Assembly (NCBI GenBank): GCA_036504215.1
Contig: DASXVO010000016.1
Span: 1-64,000 of the forward strand
Reading direction: 5' to 3'
DNA from: Vicinamibacterales bacterium
GTDB taxonomy: Bacteria > Acidobacteriota > Vicinamibacteria > Vicinamibacterales > Fen-181
DNA: 64,000 nt
Below the pieces are notes generated by a model. It saw only the letters and a list, made by a program, of their open reading frames with translations. It searched no databases and had not been told where the DNA came from. The position numbers and the translations under genes are program-made. Shown in pieces: positions 59,228 through 64,000 of the stretch (within the stretch, counting starts at the first letter, position 1; each line of letters begins with the position of its first letter).

Positions 59228-62200
59228 ATGGCCAGGTCTCACGGGAAGCTCCTACTCATGGTGGCAGCGATCCTGCTGCTCGCCGTGCCCATCGTCAGTG
59301 CCCAGGCCACAACAGGCCGCATTTCGGGCATCGTCAAGGACGCCTCCGGAGGCGTCCTTCCCGGCGTGGCGGTCACCGTGACCGAGACACGCACCGGATT
59401 CATCCGCACCGATGTCACCGACTCGCAGGGTGGGTACGTCTTCGTGAACCTGCCGCTCGGTGACTACACGGTGGGCGCCGACCTCCAGGGGTTCAAGAAA
59501 GCCCTGAAGAGCGGCTATGTGCTCGTGGCCGACGGCCGGCTGTCCGCCGACTTCGCCCTCGAAGTCGGCGCGTTCTCAGAGGTCGTGCAGGTCACGGTGC
59601 AGGCCGAGACCGTGAATACGGTGTCCGGCGAGCTGGCGCGCACGGTCGATCGCGCGCAGGTGCAGGACCTGGCGTTGAACGGCCGCAACTACATGCAGAT
59701 GGTGACGCTCGTCCCGGGCGCGCCGCTCGTCGACACGACCGCGCCGCTCGACATCATGACCGGCCTCGGCATCAACACGACGGTCAACGGCAGCCGGACC
59801 AATGCGAGCCTGCTGACGGTGGACGGCGGCTTCAACATGGATGGCGGCAGCAACAACAGCCAGATCAGCAACGTCGGCATCGACTTCATCGACCAGGTGA
59901 GCGTCAAGACGTCGAACTTCTCCGCCGAGTACGGCCGCAATTCAGGGGCAGCCATCAACGTCGTGACGCGCAGCGGCTCCAACATGTTCAAGGGAAGCGT
60001 GTTCGAGTACATGCGGCGTAACGCCTGGGATCAGAACGACTACTTCAACAACCTGAAGGGGATCGCCAAGGGGAAGTTGACCTACGACAACCCGGGATTC
60101 AGCCTGGGCGGCCCGATCGCGAAGGACAAGATCTTCTTCTTCGGCGGTATGGAGTGGAAGCGGATCCGGCGTCTGACGTCCCCGTCCACTCGAACGCTGC
60201 CCACCAGCCTCATGCGCAGCGGCAACTTCAGCCAGTTGACCGCGACGATCAAGGATCCGCTGACCGGCAAGGCGTTTTCGGGCAACGTCATCCCCCCCAA
60301 CCGGATCACGGCCGACGGTCGCGCCATCGCGAACGTGTACGACGCGATGTCGAAGGTCGCGGCGCAGTACAACGACAACCTCCTGACCAACAACACGGTC
60401 TTCCAGGATGACAACCCGTTCGATTTCCGACAGGAGATGTTCCGCGTCGACTACCAGCCGACCGGCTCGCACCGGTTGACCACACGGCTCGTCTTCGACC
60501 ACTACAACCTCGTCGAGCCCGGGGGCACCTTCATCAACTCGCAGATGCCGACCGTCCCGACCAACCGCCTGCGGCCTGGTCGCAACGTTCAGATCAACCA
60601 CTACTGGACGCTGAAGAACAACCTCATCAACGAGGCGAAGTTCAACTACTCGGGGAACGGCCAGATCATCCCGCCGGTCGGCGACAGGTGGAAGCGCGGC
60701 ACGTACGGCTTTGCGTTCCCGCAGATCTACAGCGGCGGCGGCAACTATCCCGACAGCATCCCGGACGTCACCGTTCAGAGCTACGCGAGCTTCAACGGTG
60801 CGGCACAGTCGCTGATCTCGCCCACGTGGGACTACTCGTTCTCGGACAACGTGACGTGGCTGAAGGGAAATCACACGCTCAAGGCCGGGATGCTGTACGT
60901 CTACAACCAGAAGGACCAGAACGGCCGCTCAGCCTACGACGGAACCGTGAGCTTCTCGACCACGGGCAACACGAACTCGACCGGCAACGCCTTCGCCGAC
61001 GCGCTCCTCGGCTACTACCGGACCTACCAGGAAGCGCAGCTCGACCCGATGGGCTATTTCCGGTACCACCAGTACGAGGCGTTCGTGTCCGACGCGTGGC
61101 GCGTGAGCGATCGATTGAGCGTGGAAGTGGGTCTGCGCTACGCGTGGCAGATGCCGACGATCACGCTGGGCAACAATACGACCAGCTTCGACCCGGCGAA
61201 GTACAATTCGGCGCAGGCCGTGACCATCCTCCCGAATGGCACCATCGTTCCCGGCACGGGCAACCGTTACAACGGCCTGACGCGCCCCGGCGAAGTGCCG
61301 TCCGGCCAGGTCGCCAACGTCCCGAACGCCACCAACCCGGCGGTGCAGAGCATTCCGATCGCGGCGTCGGACGGCTACTACCAGCGCCAGAACCTGTTGG
61401 CGCCGCGCTTCAGCTTCGCGTGGAAGCCGTTCGGGAACGACTCCACGGCCATTCGCGGCGGTGCGGGATTGTTCTACGACCGGCCCGAAGGGAACCTGTA
61501 TTTTGCATTGGTCAACAACCCGCCGTTCTCGCTGAGTTCCTCCTACGAGAATGGCAACCTGGCGAACCCCGGCGGCGGAACGGCATCCGCGCTGGCGCCC
61601 TGGGCCAGCATGAACGCGCTCGATCCGAACCTCAAGATCCCGAGGGTGTGGAACTGGAGCCTTGGCGTGCAGCGCGAGTTGGGGTTCTGGGGCCTGTTCG
61701 CTGAAGTCACGTATGTCGGAAACAAGGGCCAGAACCTGATTCGCCAGCCCGACATCAACCGGCCCACCTTCGCGGATCTGCAGGCCAACGCAGTGGGCGC
61801 GAAGGCCAACACGAACTACCTCAGGCCGTACAAGGGCTACTCGAACATCCTCATCCGGCTGTCGGACGCCGAGTCGAAGTACAACGCGTTGCAGTTGTTC
61901 CTCAGCCGCAGGCGCGGCAGCATCAACTTCACGGTCAACTACACCTATTCGCGTTCCTGGGACAACGGCAGCGGCAACGGGGACAACCTGGACACGGGCG
62001 CCGATTGGCGCGACCTCAGCTACAACTGGGGGCCGAGCGATAACGATCGCCGGCATGTCTTTGTCAGCACCTGGACCTACCGCCTGCCCTTCTGGTTGAA
62101 CCGGAAGGACGTCCTGGGCAGCCTGGTCAGCGGATGGGAGATCTCGGGCATCACGCGCCTGCAGTCGGGCGCCCCGTTCTCGGTGTCCGGCAACACCGCG

Positions 62201-62569
62201 ATTGGCGGCCGGCGCGCCGACTTCAGCGGCGGCAGCGAGCAGGCGTCGGACGTCGGCACGCTCCGCGCCGACAACAGCATTTCCTGGCTCGATCCCACCA
62301 AGTTCAGCTCGGCTCCGGAGAGCCGGCTGGGCAACAGCGGCCGCAACGTGTTCTACGGGCCCAGCCTCCAGCAGTGGGACATCTCCCTTCGGAAGCAGTT
62401 CCGGCTGAAGGGCAACATGAAGGCGCAGTTCCAGGCGGACTTCTTCAACACCTTCAACAACCTGATCCTCCGCAACCCGGCGACGACGGTGACCAACGCC
62501 GGATTCGGAACGATCACGTCGGCGGCGCCGATGCGCAACGTGCAGATCGGCTTCCGGTTCATGTTCTAG
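59228..62569 (+). CDS. TonB-dependent outer-membrane receptor with N-terminal carboxypeptidase-regulatory-like domain
   Basis: Signal peptide, CarboxypepD_reg domain (ISGIVKDASGGVLPGVAVTV...TDSQGGYVF), plug and 22-strand barrel. Ends with an aromatic residue (…RFMF). 1113 aa. GAGGAGGA RBS. Confidence 0.7.
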   Translation: MARSHGKLLLMVAAILLLAVPIVSAQATTGRISGIVKDASGGVLPGVAVTVTETRTGFIRTDVTDSQGGYVFVNLPLGDYTVGADLQGFKKALKSGYVLVADGRLSADFALEVGAFSEVVQVTVQAETVNTVSGELARTVDRAQVQDLALNGRNYMQMVTLVPGAPLVDTTAPLDIMTGLGINTTVNGSRTNASLLTVDGGFNMDGGSNNSQISNVGIDFIDQVSVKTSNFSAEYGRNSGAAINVVTRSGSNMFKGSVFEYMRRNAWDQNDYFNNLKGIAKGKLTYDNPGFSLGGPIAKDKIFFFGGMEWKRIRRLTSPSTRTLPTSLMRSGNFSQLTATIKDPLTGKAFSGNVIPPNRITADGRAIANVYDAMSKVAAQYNDNLLTNNTVFQDDNPFDFRQEMFRVDYQPTGSHRLTTRLVFDHYNLVEPGGTFINSQMPTVPTNRLRPGRNVQINHYWTLKNNLINEAKFNYSGNGQIIPPVGDRWKRGTYGFAFPQIYSGGGNYPDSIPDVTVQSYASFNGAAQSLISPTWDYSFSDNVTWLKGNHTLKAGMLYVYNQKDQNGRSAYDGTVSFSTTGNTNSTGNAFADALLGYYRTYQEAQLDPMGYFRYHQYEAFVSDAWRVSDRLSVEVGLRYAWQMPTITLGNNTTSFDPAKYNSAQAVTILPNGTIVPGTGNRYNGLTRPGEVPSGQVANVPNATNPAVQSIPIAASDGYYQRQNLLAPRFSFAWKPFGNDSTAIRGGAGLFYDRPEGNLYFALVNNPPFSLSSSYENGNLANPGGGTASALAPWASMNALDPNLKIPRVWNWSLGVQRELGFWGLFAEVTYVGNKGQNLIRQPDINRPTFADLQANAVGAKANTNYLRPYKGYSNILIRLSDAESKYNALQLFLSRRRGSINFTVNYTYSRSWDNGSGNGDNLDTGADWRDLSYNWGPSDNDRRHVFVSTWTYRLPFWLNRKDVLGSLVSGWEISGITRLQSGAPFSVSGNTAIGGRRADFSGGSEQASDVGTLRADNSISWLDPTKFSSAPESRLGNSGRNVFYGPSLQQWDISLRKQFRLKGNMKAQFQADFFNTFNNLILRNPATTVTNAGFGTITSAAPMRNVQIGFRFMF

Positions 62570-62581
62570 TCCGACAGTGGC

Positions 62582-62644
62582 GGCGGGCACCGGAGCCCGC
62601 CGGAGCCCAAGGGCCGGGGAGTTCCCGTGAATTCTCCGGCCCTT
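62582..62644 (+). terminator. Two consecutive GC-rich hairpins downstream of the TonB-receptor gene
   Basis: ggcgggc-N-gcccgcc hairpin, then an aagggccgg...ccggccctt hairpin with a 9-13-bp stem followed by a U-containing tract (cgtctatagttt). Begins 13 nt after the TAG stop. Confidence 0.35.
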
Positions 62645-62703
62645 CGTCTATAGTTTCCGTGACCGCGCGCAGGTTCAGCGCAGCGGATACCTGGAGGAGG
62701 CTC

Positions 62704-64000
62704 ATGAAATCGCGACGCGAGTTCCTAAAGACAGCGGCCGTCGGCACGGCGGGCTGGGCGGTCGGGATGAACGCTTCGAGCTACGCCCGCATCCTCGGCG
62801 CCAACGATCGCGTGAACTTCGCCATCGCCGGGCTCCACGGCCGTGGCCTCGCCCACCTGGAGTGCCTGAAGCTCGTTCCGAACGCGATGGTCACGCATAT
62901 CTGCGACGTGGACCGCCGCGAGTTCCCGAAGTTCGCCGCCGCGGCCCAGGCGGCCTTCAAGCAGGCACCGATCCAGGTGCAGGACTTCCGGAAGGCGCTC
63001 GAATCGAAGGACGTGGACGTCATCACCGTCGCGACTCCCGAGCACTGGCATGCCCCGATGGCCATCCTCGGACTGCAGGCGGGCAAGCACGTCTACGTCG
63101 AGAAGCCGTCCAGCCACAACCCGCGAGAGGGCGAACTGCTGCTGGAGGCCCAGAAGAAATACGGGAAGCTGGTCCAGTGCGGCAACCAGCAGCGCTCCTC
63201 CGCCCACACGATCGAGATCATGGCGAAGATCAAGGAAGGGCTGATTGGCCGGCCGTACTTCGGCAAAGCCTGGTACAGCAACACACGCGGGCCGATCGGT
63301 GTCGGCAAGCCGGTGCCCGTCCCGCCTGAACTCGACTGGGATCTCTGGCAGGGCCCGGCGCCGCGCCGGCCGTACAAGGACAACATCCATCCCTACAACT
63401 GGCATTGGCTCTGGCACTGGGGGACCGGCGAGACGCTCAACAACGGCACGCACGAAGTGGACCTGTGCCGCTGGGCGCTTGGCGTGGACTACCCGAACCG
63501 CGTCTCGGCCGCCGGCGGCCGCTACCACTTCAAGGACGACTGGGAGTTCTACGACACTCTGGTGACCAGCTTCGAGTACGCCGACCAGATGATCACGTGG
63601 GAAGGCATGTGCTGCCAGGGCAAGCAGTACTATGGCCGCGGCCGCGGCGCGACCATACACGGCACCAAGGGCACGGTGCTCATCGACCGCGGCGGATACC
63701 AGGTCTACGACCTTCACGACAAGCTCCTGACCGAGGTCAAGGCCGAGCGCGGCGGTGAGACGCAGGACCTGCGCAGCATCGACTCGATGACGACCGCGCA
63801 CTTCAAGAACCTGGTGGACGGGATCCGCTCCGGCGCACCGCTGCGCGCGCCGGTGCGAGATGGTCAGATCGGGGTGACGATGCTGCTGCTGTCGAACATC
63901 GCGTGGAAGACGGGCCGCGTGCTGAACCTCGAGGCGACGACCGGCCGGATCCAGAACGACCCGGACGCCATGAAGTTGTGGGGACGCGAGTACGAGACGG
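62704..64000 (+). CDS. Gfo/Idh/MocA family oxidoreductase with TAT signal (3' end beyond window)
   Basis: MKSRREFLKTAAVGTAGWAVG TAT signal. NFAIAGLHGRG...HVYVEKP Rossmann domain. Strong GGAGGAGG RBS. The frame is open to the window end, so it is not in the ORF track. Confidence 0.7.
   Translation, partial: MKSRREFLKTAAVGTAGWAVGMNASSYARILGANDRVNFAIAGLHGRGLAHLECLKLVPNAMVTHICDVDRREFPKFAAAAQAAFKQAPIQVQDFRKALESKDVDVITVATPEHWHAPMAILGLQAGKHVYVEKPSSHNPREGELLLEAQKKYGKLVQCGNQQRSSAHTIEIMAKIKEGLIGRPYFGKAWYSNTRGPIGVGKPVPVPPELDWDLWQGPAPRRPYKDNIHPYNWHWLWHWGTGETLNNGTHEVDLCRWALGVDYPNRVSAAGGRYHFKDDWEFYDTLVTSFEYADQMITWEGMCCQGKQYYGRGRGATIHGTKGTVLIDRGGYQVYDLHDKLLTEVKAERGGETQDLRSIDSMTTAHFKNLVDGIRSGAPLRAPVRDGQIGVTMLLLSNIAWKTGRVLNLEATTGRIQNDPDAMKLWGREYET

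Overview
High-GC (about 68-70%) chromosomal segment, probably from an Acidobacteriota-like genome. This taxonomic guess is inference from a CarboxypepD_reg-type TonB receptor, a tricorn-like protease and many TAT-exported Gfo/Idh/MocA enzymes. The window is densely coding, with about 43 genes, and no rRNA, tRNA, CRISPR array or mobile element was recognised. Content is dominated by glycan catabolism. Glycoside hydrolases present are GH78 rhamnosidase, GH38 mannosidase, GH2, GH88/105 and an alginate-lyase-like protein. There are five TAT-signal Gfo/Idh/MocA oxidoreductases plus one cytoplasmic paralogue. Also present are two xylose-isomerase-like TIM-barrel proteins, a DUF1080 (3-keto-disaccharide hydrolase) protein, a ThuA-like protein, an MFS transporter and a TonB-dependent receptor. 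Most notable is a minus-strand operon at 16.4-22.4 kb: Gfo(TAT) - seven-heme c-type cytochrome with a C-terminal polytopic membrane domain - ApbE flavin transferase - Gfo(TAT). This looks like a dedicated periplasm-to-membrane electron-transfer module for periplasmic sugar (3-keto-glycoside) oxidation. A second unusual operon at 48.3-53.0 kb is SDR - LarA-family protein - Gnd - PfkB kinase, next to a UxaE-like epimerase, a GH88/105 hydrolase and a GntR regulator. It suggests a non-canonical hexuronate route into 6-phosphogluconate. Other oddities are a phosphate butyryltransferase-butyrate kinase fusion, a GalU-like plus glucuronokinase-like salvage pair, a GT2 plus GT-C lipid-linked glycosylation pair, and an SD/ATG-containing heptamer repeat. 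Starts were refined from the six-frame ORF track by signal peptides, RBS and start/stop overlaps. The track calls GTG and TTG as M, and many ORFs carry spurious GC-rich N-terminal extensions. Sub-gene coordinates are approximate (a few nt).
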